A stretch of DNA of 64,000 nucleotides from Candidatus Delongbacteria bacterium (GTDB taxonomy: Bacteria > UBA4055): positions 1,734 through 65,733 of the forward strand of contig JAFGUZ010000169.1 of NCBI GenBank assembly GCA_016938275.1, written 5' to 3'. This document shows, in pieces, positions 41,119 through 51,244 of this stretch. How positions within the stretch are numbered: the first letter of the stretch is position 1; every line of letters begins with the position of its first letter. The translations under genes and the position numbers were made by a program. A model generated the notes under the pieces. It did no database searches and had not been told where the DNA came from. It saw nothing but the letters and a program-made list of their open reading frames with translations.

Positions 41119-41553
41119 ATGGAATCAGGAAGGTTAGAAGAACTGTTGACCAATGCCAAGAATCAAGTTAAGAATGCTTTGAAGTTTATGATAAAAACTG
41201 ATTTCAGTAGTTATGCAGAAGGTCGGTATGAAGTAGATGAAAATATGTTTTTTATAGTAAATCAATATCAAACAAAAGAAACCGGACTACTTGAAGTGCA
41301 TAGAAAATATATTGATATACAATTTATGATTTCAGGAAGTGAAAAGATTGGTTTTGAAAAACTTAGAGATCAGGAAATTTCTCAAGTCTATAATACTGAA
41401 AGAGATATTGCATTTTTTTATGGCAATTTTGAGACACTAGTATTGACACCTGGTTTTGCAGCTATTTTTTATCCTGATGATCTTCACGCACCAGGTCTAA
41501 TAAATGAAAACAAGGAAAGTATAAAAAAAATTGTAATGAAAGTTAAAGTATAA
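41119..41553 (+). CDS. YhcH/YjgK/YiaL family protein
   Basis: EVHRKYIDIQ...IFYPDDLHAP...KKIVMKV; GGAG RBS before ATG 41119. Confidence 0.9.
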   Translation: MESGRLEELLTNAKNQVKNALKFMIKTDFSSYAEGRYEVDENMFFIVNQYQTKETGLLEVHRKYIDIQFMISGSEKIGFEKLRDQEISQVYNTERDIAFFYGNFETLVLTPGFAAIFYPDDLHAPGLINENKESIKKIVMKVKV

Positions 41554-42096
41554 GTAGGATTGAACTAAAGATTATTTGTTGACAACTCAAAAGTATAAAC
41601 TTTTGAAACTATGATAAATCTACTAATCTCATTATTTTTTCTCTTGCTTTTAGAAATAGTTTTAATATGTTACACTTAAATAAACTACGGAGGTTCTGAT
41701 GATTGTATCTGTTTATAAACAAAATGGTTTTGTTAAATAACCACTATCCCAAGTTTAATTTTTTATTCTGATTTGTTGGTGTTTTAGCAAAATCAAATTA
41801 TCAATATCACATATTCTGTAAGATTTAAATATCTTTTGGCTGTGTTTTATATAAGCAAAATTTCATAAATGTTGAATTTTGTTCGCAATTGTAAAATGCA
41901 ATTTTCTAAGTAGTTAAACTATTCGCAGGTGTGATATTGCTGCTCTAGGTGATCATAGTTAACCACACTATGAAACAGTTAATTAAATCGATGGGGGAGA
42001 TGATGATTGTAATAGAAAAGTTGTGCAAGGAATTGTGGAGTTAAGTTGGTTTTTAAAATCAGCTTGTCTCCAAGGTTAAAAAAAATGGAGACACAA

Positions 42097-43248
42097 ATGA
42101 CAACATTGAAAAATTATGGTTGGGATGATTTTTTTGAAGTTAACTTTAAAAATAATGGTTATTTGGAATTTGGGTATCAACCAGCAAGAATAACTAAGGA
42201 AACAAAAAATCTATATTTTATTATGACTAAAGATGGAGAAGCTAAGGCTATTAATTCAAATAAATTCTTTTTGAGTACTTTCTCAAGAGATCAATTACCT
42301 GTAGTAGGGGACTGGGTGGTAGTCCACAAGCCTGTTAATAATGAAAATTATTTTATTGAAGGAGTTCTTGAAAGGAGAACCAGACTTGTAAGAAAAGGTA
42401 AAGATACATTTGGAAGAAATTTTGTGAAAGCAGGAGATAGTAGTGTTAGTGTCATTTCTGCAAATATTGACACTGTATTTTACGTTGCATCTTTGGATTA
42501 TAGAGATTTTAATCTATCAAAAATTGAAAGATACATTCTTATGCTCCATGATAGCGGAGCTAAACCTGTACTAATTCTGAACAAAAAAGATATTTGTCCC
42601 GATTATTTAGATTATATCGAAAAACTTAAGAAAATTTCTGGAGATATACCGATACATGCGGTAAGTGCAGTCGATTTCGATGGAATTGAAGAGCTTTTGG
42701 ATTATATATCTGAAGGAAAAACGGTATCATTTATTGGATCTTCGGGAGTTGGAAAATCATCAATTGTCAATGCTCTTATGGGCGAGGATAAGATGTATGT
42801 AAGCAGAATACGAGAGGCTGACAAAAGAGGTCGTCACACAACTACACATAGAGAAATGATTTTGTTTCCAGAAGGTGGAGTTTTGATTGATAATCCCGGA
42901 ATTAGAGATTTAAAACCTGTTTCATCGTCCGATGCATTAGATGCGACTTTTGAAGATATTACTGATTTAGAAAGTCAATGCAGATTCAGTGATTGTAAGC
43001 ATAATAACGAACCTGGATGTGCAATCATTAAAGCTCTGGAATCAGGAGAATTATCCGTAAAAAGATATGAGAATTATCTAACATTAAAACGAGAAGCTGA
43101 TTTTTTTGAAAGGAGAGCAAAAATGAGAGAACATTTTTTAGAGAAAGCTGCTGTAAATGAAAAAAAAGGAGGTAAAAAGATTAAAAACCATATGAAGGGA
43201 AGAAAGAAAAGAGATAAATATTTTGATTCAACTGAATATAGTCTCTAG
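42097..43248 (+). CDS. rsgA: Ribosome small-subunit-dependent GTPase A
   Basis: VGDWV, NKKD, GSSGVGKS, GRHTTT, DNPG and C.FSDC.H..EPGC zinc finger. Confidence 0.92.
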   Translation: MTTLKNYGWDDFFEVNFKNNGYLEFGYQPARITKETKNLYFIMTKDGEAKAINSNKFFLSTFSRDQLPVVGDWVVVHKPVNNENYFIEGVLERRTRLVRKGKDTFGRNFVKAGDSSVSVISANIDTVFYVASLDYRDFNLSKIERYILMLHDSGAKPVLILNKKDICPDYLDYIEKLKKISGDIPIHAVSAVDFDGIEELLDYISEGKTVSFIGSSGVGKSSIVNALMGEDKMYVSRIREADKRGRHTTTHREMILFPEGGVLIDNPGIRDLKPVSSSDALDATFEDITDLESQCRFSDCKHNNEPGCAIIKALESGELSVKRYENYLTLKREADFFERRAKMREHFLEKAAVNEKKGGKKIKNHMKGRKKRDKYFDSTEYSL

Positions 43249-43261
43249 TTATTATTGAATT

Positions 43262-43286
43262 GGGAGTAAACTACTCCCTTTTCTTT
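43262..43286 (+). terminator. Intrinsic terminator
   Basis: GGGAGT-AAACT-ACTCCC-TTTTCTTT. Confidence 0.7.
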
Positions 43287-43498
43287 GCACAATTTTAACT
43301 TACTCAAGGAGTTGAGGAGTAAATGAGTGAAGACAAAGAAATAGTAATGACTGCCAATTTTTAAAAACTCTGTTCCCTTCATTTTCAAATTTCAATCAAA
43401 TAAATCATAAAACCCTCAACAACATTTCCTCTTGAATTTAACTGTAAAATATAGTATCCTTTCAATAATGTATATCGTCAATTTGGAGATTATAAATT

Positions 43499-44404
43499 AT
43501 GACACAACGAAAACTTATAAGCTTTGACTGGGCAATGAAAAAAATGCTGAGGAGTAAAGCCAATTTCGATATTCTTGAAGGGTTCTTATCTGAACTTTTA
43601 TCAGACGATATAAAAATTTTAGAAATACTAGAAAGTGAAAGTAATAAATCTTATGATAATGACAAGTTTAATAGAGTTGATCTATTAGTAAAAAGTAAAG
43701 ATGATAGTATTATAATAATTGAACTTCAATATGATTATGAATATGATTTTATGCTCAGAATGCTTTATGGAACAAGTAAAATTGTAACAGAGCATATGAA
43801 ACAAGGTGCTCCGTATTCAGAAGTAAAAAAGGTAATATCTATAAATATTGTTTACTTTGATCTGGGACAAGGCAAGGATTATGTTTACAAAGGAACAACC
43901 AATTTTATTGGTCTCCACGAAAAAGACGAATTACAATTAAGCCAAATTCAAAAGGATAAACTAAAGAGAGAATCTATTTATCAACTATATCCTGAATATT
44001 ATCTTTTGAAAATCAATAATTTTAATGACTTTGCAAAAAATACACTAGATGAGTGGATCTACTTTCTGAAAAATGAAGAGATAAAGCCAGAATTTAAAGC
44101 TAAAGGTTTAAAAGAAGCTAAAGATAAATTGGATATTATGAAACTATCTGGTAGCGATTTGCAATCATACAATAGACATAGAGAAAATTTACATTATGCT
44201 GCTAGTATGGCTGAATCTGTTAAGATTGAAGCAGAAGAGAAGATTTGGAAAAAAGGATTAGTTGAAGGCGAGAAATTAGGTCTTGAAAAAGGTGAGAAGT
44301 TAAAAGCTATTAAAATTGCTAAAAACTGTCTAGAAAAAAAGATGGATTATGATACCATTTCTTTTTTAACTGGTTTGTCTGTAGAAGAGATAAGAGGATT
44401 GTGA
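43499..44404 (+). CDS. Rpn family recombination-promoting PD-(D/E)XK nuclease
   Basis: FDWAMK, RVDLL, IIIELQ, LDEWIYFLK, GLEKGEK repeats and IAKN...TGLS.EEI. Confidence 0.88.
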   Translation: MTQRKLISFDWAMKKMLRSKANFDILEGFLSELLSDDIKILEILESESNKSYDNDKFNRVDLLVKSKDDSIIIIELQYDYEYDFMLRMLYGTSKIVTEHMKQGAPYSEVKKVISINIVYFDLGQGKDYVYKGTTNFIGLHEKDELQLSQIQKDKLKRESIYQLYPEYYLLKINNFNDFAKNTLDEWIYFLKNEEIKPEFKAKGLKEAKDKLDIMKLSGSDLQSYNRHRENLHYAASMAESVKIEAEEKIWKKGLVEGEKLGLEKGEKLKAIKIAKNCLEKKMDYDTISFLTGLSVEEIRGL

Positions 44405-44411
44405 AGAGTCT

Positions 44412-44653
44412 GTAGAGGCGTTATTTATAACGCCTTATCCATTTTAATTTTAATTGCCCTGTCATCTTGAACGAAGAAAGAGATCTTTTTTAGCCTCGAA
44501 TTACACGAATGAAATACCAGAATACAATATTCTATAGAAGGACGTTTAGACATGGATAATCTCACAATTCTGTAAATCATGGTTCAAATGATCCAGATGT
44601 CAGACACCTTTGAGGTGGCAGACATCTAAACTCTCGCGATGCCTGAAAGGCAC
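44412..44653. repeat. Cluster of distinct short REP-like palindromes
   Basis: GTAGAGGCGTTAT-TT-ATAACGCCT (44412), GTCATCTTGAACGAAGAAAGAGATCT (44461), AGATGTC...GACATCT (44595-44627) and TGCCTGAAAGGCA (about 44640). Confidence 0.55.
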
Positions 44654-44656
44654 AAA

Positions 44657-44827
44657 ATGATTATAGCTTTGAAAGAAGCAAATGAAACAGAATATTAGCT
44701 GATGTTGTTAAGATATAGTGAATCCATAGATTTAAAAAGCTATGATTCCATTTATCCTGAAGCTGAATCACTAATAAAACTTTTAGTAAGTATAGTAAAT
44801 ACTACGAAAGTAAAATTACAATCTTAA
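44657..44827 (+). pseudogene. Four-helix-bundle (23S rRNA IVP-like) protein, 3' fragment
   Basis: IALKEANETEY*LMLL...LIKLLVSIVNTTK; the family's conserved Trp position is TAG and the N-terminal half is missing. Confidence 0.75.
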
Positions 44828-44874
44828 CATTTTCCATTTTCAATTAGATAAGTAGACATTAACGAGAAAATTAA

Positions 44875-45120
44875 GCTGACTGGCTTTTACATGGAACTAT
44901 AAAAAAGACTATTGAAGAGGAACTTAGGTTCGATTTGAATGATAAAATTGAAGAATTTAAACTCATTGCTGAAAACTGTGTGAACAATCCTGATCTTGGT
45001 AAAGGTCTTTCTATGTACGGGAAAATTGATAGATTACGATTTGATAACTTCTATATCGATAGTGATAGAATTACGCTGTATATTTATGCCAACGGTCATT
45101 CTGGTATTATGATGAAATAG
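44875..45120 (+). pseudogene. C-terminal gene fragment, DUF4403-like
   Basis: The frame extends upstream of the tracked ORF as ADWLLHGTIKKTIEEELRFDL with no start codon or RBS; family assignment is from memory only. Confidence 0.4.
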
Positions 45121-45340
45121 TTTTTAAGATTTTATTAATTAGGTGAAGTAGATATACTCTTAATATTAACTGTTATAAGAAATTATTTTAGGAGATTTGT
45201 TAACAAATATTGTATATTTTTAAATAATTTAAAAAAATATTGCGAGATCATTTTTCTGTTTATATAATGTTTATGTTATCAAGTTGAAATAGCAATGTGT
45301 ACAAAAGTTAACTTTGTATTCAAAGCGGAATGGAGCATAC

Positions 45341-45724
45341 ATAAAAAAGCTAATTGTAATTTTTAATCATGGAAAACTTACTGAAGATCAAGCGTATTAT
45401 GCTTATGATGTATTGAAGATTGGTGAGATTATTTATATGAATGAAGAGTTGAAAAGTATTTGGTCAGAAATTGATCCTTTTGAAGATGTAGTAAATGTTG
45501 AGAAAATTGAAGAATTCCTTTTAAAATCTAGTAAACCGTACGACTATGTATTAGTTCAAGGAGAGTTTGGAGCTACATTCAAAACTGTGAACTTTTGCCT
45601 AGAAAATGAAAGAATAGCAATCTATGCAACAACCGAAAGAGTCAGTAGGGAAATGAGAAATGATGATGGAAGCGTTTCAAAGACAAGTGAATTTAAGTTT
45701 GTTAGGTTTAGGGAGTATGGGTAA
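45341..45724 (+). CDS. csx20: CRISPR-associated Csx20-like protein, orphan
   Basis: FNH.LT..Q, W..I.P, DYVLVQGEFGAT, YATTER and F.FVRFREY. GGAG RBS precedes ATA at 45341; TTG at 45314 is an alternative start. Confidence 0.78.
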   Translation: MKKLIVIFNHGKLTEDQAYYAYDVLKIGEIIYMNEELKSIWSEIDPFEDVVNVEKIEEFLLKSSKPYDYVLVQGEFGATFKTVNFCLENERIAIYATTERVSREMRNDDGSVSKTSEFKFVRFREYG

Positions 45725-45812
45725 TAGGAATTAATTAAAAGTTGAAAAACGTATATCTTAACAAAAATCAAATAGTGAAATCAATAGTTCTTGCAAAAGG
45801 GTAAATTACAAT

Positions 45813-47186
45813 ATGACATTAGACGAGATAAAAAGGTTTATAGAACTGGGTGAAGGTTTTCATCTTGAGTTGAAAGAATCATTAGATAAAAATTTAATAG
45901 AAGAAGTTTGTGCTTTTGCTAATTCCAGTGGCGGAAAAATTATACTCGGAGTTACAGATAAAGGTATTATAAAAGGAATCAATACAGATAATGCCACTCG
46001 TTCAAAAGTACAAGATATGTTACAACAGCTTGAACCTTCTTTACCTATTATAATCAGTGTGCTTGAAAATTTAATAATAATTGATGTACCTCAGGGAACA
46101 GAAAAACCTTATGGTTGTTCAAGAGGATTTTTTTTAAGAATTGGTCCAAATAGTCAAAAATTATCAAGAAATGAAATCGTTAGTTTTTTTGAAAAAGAAG
46201 GTCGAATTCGTTTTGATGAATTAGAAAACAGAAAAGCTGATTTCAGTAATGACTTTGACGAGAATGCATATAAGAAATTTATTCAACTTGCTAATATAAC
46301 GCCGTCTATTGAAAAAACATATCTTTTAAAAAACCTTGACTGCTTAAATGAGAATAGTAAACTGACTAATGCTGGAGTACTCTTTTTTACAAAATCAACT
46401 GATTTCTTAATAAATCATGCAACTGTTGTATGTGTTTTATATAAAGGAAATGAAAAACTTCATATCTTAGATAAGAAAGATTTTAAATCCAGCATCATTG
46501 AAAATATTGAAAACGCTGTTCTTTTTGTACAAAGACATACAAATCTTGCCTATAAAATAGAGCATTTACAAAGAGAAGAAATACCGGAAATACCAGAACT
46601 AGCTTTAAGAGAATCTATTATTAATGCTGTTTGCCATCGAGATTACTTCCAAAAAGGCTCTAATGTTATGATTGAAATATTTGATGATAGAGTTGAGATA
46701 TCAAATCCTGGAGGAATACCTTCTGAATTAGATCCGGCTGATTTTGGCACTAAAAGTGTAGCTCGGAATCCTGTTATCGCTTCATTATTACATCGAGTTG
46801 ATTATATTGAGAAAATAGGTAGTGGAATAAACAGGATAAAAAATTCTGTCAGTGATCAAAACAGTTGTACAGTTGAGTTTAAGCTTACTGGCTTTTTTAC
46901 AGTAACTTTTAAAAGAGTAGATATGATTATGAGCAGTAAAACTTCGGAGAAAACTTCGGAGAAAACTTCGGAGAAAACTTCGGAGAAAACTTCGGAGAAA
47001 ACTTCGGAGAAAATATTAAATTTGTTAAAAGAAAACTCAACAATTACTATTCAGGATTTAGCAAATTTACTCAATAAATCTACAAGGGCTGTAGAGATGC
47101 AGATTAGCAAACTAAAGTCTGAGAATAAAATTTTAAGAATTGGTGCCGATAAAGGTGGATACTGGGAAGTTGTCGAAAAAGAATGA
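45813..47186 (+). CDS. AlbA_2/Schlafen-like + HATPase_c_4 + wHTH protein
   Basis: GEG..LELKE, CAFANSSGG.I.LGV.D, RESIINAVCHRDY, ISNPGG, RNP and EKIGSG; terminal HTH ending GGYW. Confidence 0.88.
   Translation: MTLDEIKRFIELGEGFHLELKESLDKNLIEEVCAFANSSGGKIILGVTDKGIIKGINTDNATRSKVQDMLQQLEPSLPIIISVLENLIIIDVPQGTEKPYGCSRGFFLRIGPNSQKLSRNEIVSFFEKEGRIRFDELENRKADFSNDFDENAYKKFIQLANITPSIEKTYLLKNLDCLNENSKLTNAGVLFFTKSTDFLINHATVVCVLYKGNEKLHILDKKDFKSSIIENIENAVLFVQRHTNLAYKIEHLQREEIPEIPELALRESIINAVCHRDYFQKGSNVMIEIFDDRVEISNPGGIPSELDPADFGTKSVARNPVIASLLHRVDYIEKIGSGINRIKNSVSDQNSCTVEFKLTGFFTVTFKRVDMIMSSKTSEKTSEKTSEKTSEKTSEKTSEKILNLLKENSTITIQDLANLLNKSTRAVEMQISKLKSENKILRIGADKGGYWEVVEKE
46938..47013 (+). repeat. Perfect in-frame 12-bp tandem repeat (AAAACTTCGGAG)x6
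   Basis: Encodes (KTSE)6 in the linker before the wHTH. Confidence 0.95.
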
Positions 47187-47270
47187 ATCCGGACGGTATA
47201 TGCTACAAGAAGGTTAGTTGGAAGAAATTAAAAAGAAGCAAAACAATAAAGGGGTTATAGGAATATGAAC

Positions 47271-47432
47271 GACAATATACTGGTGCTGAATTTCAGCAGT
47301 TGAATGGTTAAATGACTAGAATACTTTCTTAAATGGAACCGATTTTGATTGAACTTTTAGAAAAATTCAGGTTTTTATATTTACCTTTTTTAGCAAAAGA
47401 GATAATCATGTCTCTAGCGATGAAGTCGCTGG
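47271..47432 (+). repeat. Dispersed structured non-coding element, copy C (more degenerate)
   Basis: TGAATGGT...CTTTCTTAAATGGAACCGATTTTGAT...CTAGCGATGAAGTCGCTGG is collinear with copy B. Confidence 0.7.
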
Positions 47433-47536
47433 ATGGATTTTTTTCATAGCTATTCTACTTAGTATGTATTCCTGCCTATGAAATAGTGAATTATATAAAA
47501 CAATTCAAAATTTGATAAGCTTAGAATTCTCAGAAG

Positions 47537-49258
47537 CTAATTTGTTCCTTTTTTTAAAAGAAATTTATTACCAGAATAGTGAAAACTACATGGATTTTTG
47601 ATAAGAATCTTATATCCTTTTCCTGGTTGCATTTCATTGAGAGAATGATAATTCCATAACGGAACATTCAAATATCCTTCAATCGATTTAACAGCATAAA
47701 TATTATTCAGAATATCAGATAAAACCTCGTCTACAGTAATTGAAGTATTCTTATAATAAGGTAAAAAATTCCACCCGATTTCTAGATCGATAATTTCAAC
47801 TTCTGGATTAATAATATTCCCTTGTAAAGTTAAATTTACACTTTCTGTAGTTTTAACAAAGAAACAATCATCAAAATCCCATTGCATCTGAGATCTATTT
47901 TTCAATAATGGACTGTAAATATTTCCCAATTCATCTTTAACGAGAATTACACTATTGTTAATCTCTGAAAAAATTTGATCAATATTTGACTGTATCGGAT
48001 TTATATATGAAGAAATAAGATTCCAACCTTTTTCTAATGAAATTGTTTGTGAACCTCCAATAACTTCGATGTTAAAGATATGATGAATCTGAGCAAAACC
48101 ATCTGAAAAAGTTAGATTAATTTCATAATCACCAATATCACTCACTTGAGGAGTTCCAGATAATTTTTTAGTAGTATTATCATATACCATCCAACTTGGT
48201 ATTGTCGCATTAGTAGTTTCAATATTATCACCATCTATGTCTTGAATTGCTATATCGTAGAGATATTCAGTTCCAATTAAAGCAATAGTTTCAGGGCTTG
48301 ATGCTATTTCAGGTGATTTATTACCAAATGACCCTGTCAAAATAAAATTATTACCAAAGTTAGAACTATTAAAGTTAAGTAAATTATTGTTTATGTTAAC
48401 TTGATTTATAGTTTCAAGTGTATCTACAGCATAAAATGAATTATACATATGATTTTCTGCTCCATTTAGGTCAGAATCTAAATATGAACAGTTAAAACTA
48501 CATTCATAACCGGAAATACCATTCATTTTAATAGACCAGTACCTATTGATGGAGGAGCTAGCTGAACTTAAAGAAAATTTTTCACTCTTAAGTGATACTT
48601 CTACACTACTTTTATTAAAAACACCTGATGAAAAATTCAGCGTAATTGGAGTTATATTATCTCCATCAGCTATAGTATTAATTGGAAATGTAAAAATTCC
48701 TGAACTATTATAATCTTTTAATACGCTACCGCCATCTTCAATAGTTATGTATCCATTATCCCTTAAAACATCAACTCCCTCAGCAAAATAAACACTATTA
48801 CTTCCTGTTCTAATTTTACTATCGTTTAGAAAAAGTGAATTTTCAATTCTTATGGGAATATTCAAACATATACCAAAAGGATTATTTAGCTCGAGTTTAT
48901 TAAATGTTATAGAGTAAACTCCAGATAAAGTTTGAATACTTAAACCATTAAATAATGTTTTACCTCTAGAATTGTAATGAATTGGGTTAGCTGAGTTGTT
49001 TTGACTAATAAAATCTCCGGTAAGACTAAAAACTGCGTTTTCAAAAATATTTACAGCACCATATCCGAAACTTTTATAATCTCCATCAACAGTAAAAAAA
49101 GTACCATTTTCAACAACTATATAAGCACGATCATTACTTACAATCACTTTATCATCATCTTTCGAGTCGTTAATCTCTATCTTATAGTCAGTACTATTAC
49201 TATGGACATGATAGGTAAAGAAAAATAAAACTATTAGAATTATAATATTTTTTTTCAT
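47537..49258 (-). CDS. Secreted protein with Ig-like (He_PIG-type) domain and GWNL repeats
   Basis: Signal peptide, PSWM......LSGTP, two L..GWN modules. Confidence 0.65.
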   Translation of the reverse strand: MKKNIIILIVLFFFTYHVHSNSTDYKIEINDSKDDDKVIVSNDRAYIVVENGTFFTVDGDYKSFGYGAVNIFENAVFSLTGDFISQNNSANPIHYNSRGKTLFNGLSIQTLSGVYSITFNKLELNNPFGICLNIPIRIENSLFLNDSKIRTGSNSVYFAEGVDVLRDNGYITIEDGGSVLKDYNSSGIFTFPINTIADGDNITPITLNFSSGVFNKSSVEVSLKSEKFSLSSASSSINRYWSIKMNGISGYECSFNCSYLDSDLNGAENHMYNSFYAVDTLETINQVNINNNLLNFNSSNFGNNFILTGSFGNKSPEIASSPETIALIGTEYLYDIAIQDIDGDNIETTNATIPSWMVYDNTTKKLSGTPQVSDIGDYEINLTFSDGFAQIHHIFNIEVIGGSQTISLEKGWNLISSYINPIQSNIDQIFSEINNSVILVKDELGNIYSPLLKNRSQMQWDFDDCFFVKTTESVNLTLQGNIINPEVEIIDLEIGWNFLPYYKNTSITVDEVLSDILNNIYAVKSIEGYLNVPLWNYHSLNEMQPGKGYKILIKNPCSFHYSGNKFLLKKGTN

Positions 49259-49262
49259 CAGG

Positions 49263-51086
49263 TTATTCCTTTGATGAATTATTACTTTTTATCAAATCTT
49301 CAACAACTTTCTTTAATTCCTCGATCTGTTTTTGCTGATTTTCTATCAATAATTGCTGTTCCTGAATCGCTTTTGTTAATACTGGAACTATACCATCATA
49401 ATTTATTCCTAAAGTCTCCCCTTTTTCAATGTCACCTTCCATACCACTTACAACCTCTGGTAATATTTCTCTGATCTCTTGTGCTATAAAACCCAGCTGT
49501 TCTTTTTTCTCTGTATCAGATTTGTAATTATATGAGACCGGTTTCAGCTTCATAATTTGTTTGATTCCATTTTTTTCATATGGAGTGATGTTTTCCTTCA
49601 ATCTTGAGTCCGAAGCACTAACCCAAGTTTCTCCATCAGAATATGCTCCACCATCAAGTGCGAAGAGATGATAAGTATATATTGATCCAATCCCAACATT
49701 TCCATTTGTCATAACTGTAAATGAAATATCACCAGTATACATATTATCTTTTTCAGCTCCCCTCCTTACTTGAAAAGCTATGTTATAATCATTATCCTTC
49801 TCAGTTCCTATAACCATAGCTGCTTCTTTCCCGTAAAAGTAATAACTCGGCCATTCAAGATTTTCTGATACAATATGAAATCTATACTTTGGATTGACTC
49901 CAATCCCCACATCTCCTTCTTCTGTTAATCTTATCTTAGAAGATGGATAATTATTTTCATATACAGGAACTCTAATATCAGTCCAATTTTGATATCCATC
50001 ATGACCAACTTCAATAACTGTTTGTTGATCCCAATATGATGCTCCCATCGAAAGTAATACTCCATAGGTTTCACCTAAATGAAGCAAACCGTATGGATTT
50101 AAAGTCTTAATTCCAAATTTACCAGCTTTATTAAATGTGAATAAATTCTGACTGGACTCAGATACAATCATCTGATCTGAGGATGCAGGAGAGAAAATTT
50201 GCCAGTCTGTGTCATAGGAAGTATCTGTTCTTTTGATTTGGTATCCTGACTGAACATTAGTTGAGACTGATGCAGAAATTCTATTTAAAGTTGTATTTGA
50301 AACTTCCAAACTATTAGTAGAATTAGTTGTACCAATGGAAACATTTCCACCAAAATAACTTTTTGCTGTACCATTGGAATAGAATGCGTAATTATTTGAA
50401 GCAGAATTTAAACCAGAAACATAAAAAGCATAATTGTTATTATTTCCAATGTTTTCTAAGTCAGCATAGTAGCCATAATTTGTTGAATTGCTTGCTCCAT
50501 TTACATATGTATTAACTCCATAGTTTACAACACCACCAGATAATCCTTGAATTAAAATATTTGCACCGATATTGTATGTTGCTCCTGCAACATCTAAGGA
50601 TATACCCCTATTCTGAAATCCTCCTACACCTTTAGCTTCAGACATAATAGAAAAATTATCATGATTGTTTAGATTAGATAGACTTCTAATTCCAATAGAT
50701 CCTCCTTCTACCAATAATTTTGAAATACTCGGAGCAGCTCCTATACCAACATTGCCAGAATTATAGTATATATCATTACCATTTACTTCCCATTGATAGG
50801 AATTTTCACCACTGTTAATTTTCGTCCAAGCTGATCCGGTGTAATAGTAGTATCCTGTAATATCATCTGTTTGGAAAACTGTTAATCCTGAAGCTGGACT
50901 CGCAATAGCTTCTCTTTCAGATTTAGTCATTCTTGGTGCTAGAAATCCTTTTGTGGTTGAAGATACATCAAGCATAGCAGAAGGATGGGCTAAAGATCCA
51001 GTCGTGTTAATACCAACTGATTGTGCATTTATTACTGTTGTAAAAAACAACAATGCGATCAAAAAAAACTTTACACACTTAACCAT
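49263..51086 (-). CDS. Tail-fibre-like secreted protein with peptidase S74 chaperone domain
   Basis: AQSVGINT...LDVSST.KGFL.PRMT, GNVGIG repeats, SDSRLKENI...GFIAQE and a terminal coiled coil. Confidence 0.85.
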   Translation of the reverse strand: MVKCVKFFLIALLFFTTVINAQSVGINTTGSLAHPSAMLDVSSTTKGFLAPRMTKSEREAIASPASGLTVFQTDDITGYYYYTGSAWTKINSGENSYQWEVNGNDIYYNSGNVGIGAAPSISKLLVEGGSIGIRSLSNLNNHDNFSIMSEAKGVGGFQNRGISLDVAGATYNIGANILIQGLSGGVVNYGVNTYVNGASNSTNYGYYADLENIGNNNNYAFYVSGLNSASNNYAFYSNGTAKSYFGGNVSIGTTNSTNSLEVSNTTLNRISASVSTNVQSGYQIKRTDTSYDTDWQIFSPASSDQMIVSESSQNLFTFNKAGKFGIKTLNPYGLLHLGETYGVLLSMGASYWDQQTVIEVGHDGYQNWTDIRVPVYENNYPSSKIRLTEEGDVGIGVNPKYRFHIVSENLEWPSYYFYGKEAAMVIGTEKDNDYNIAFQVRRGAEKDNMYTGDISFTVMTNGNVGIGSIYTYHLFALDGGAYSDGETWVSASDSRLKENITPYEKNGIKQIMKLKPVSYNYKSDTEKKEQLGFIAQEIREILPEVVSGMEGDIEKGETLGINYDGIVPVLTKAIQEQQLLIENQQKQIEELKKVVEDLIKSNNSSKE

Positions 51087-51244
51087 ATTTCACCTTATTA
51101 TTTTATTTCCTGTGAAGTTAGATAACAACTTTATTAACTACTGTGATACAGATCAAATATAAGATATTGTGATCAAAAAAACACTACAATTAAATGAATT
51201 ATTATGTATGGTTTGAATGCTATTCCAATGTAATTTCAATATTT

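Noticed and set aside
46938..47013. Possible CRISPR array near csx20
   Set aside because: Contiguous 12-bp units with no spacers, in frame inside a CDS; this is a VNTR.
49263..51086. Prophage suggested by the tail-fibre/S74 domain
   Set aside because: Has a signal peptide, and no integrase, capsid, terminase or lysis genes are nearby.
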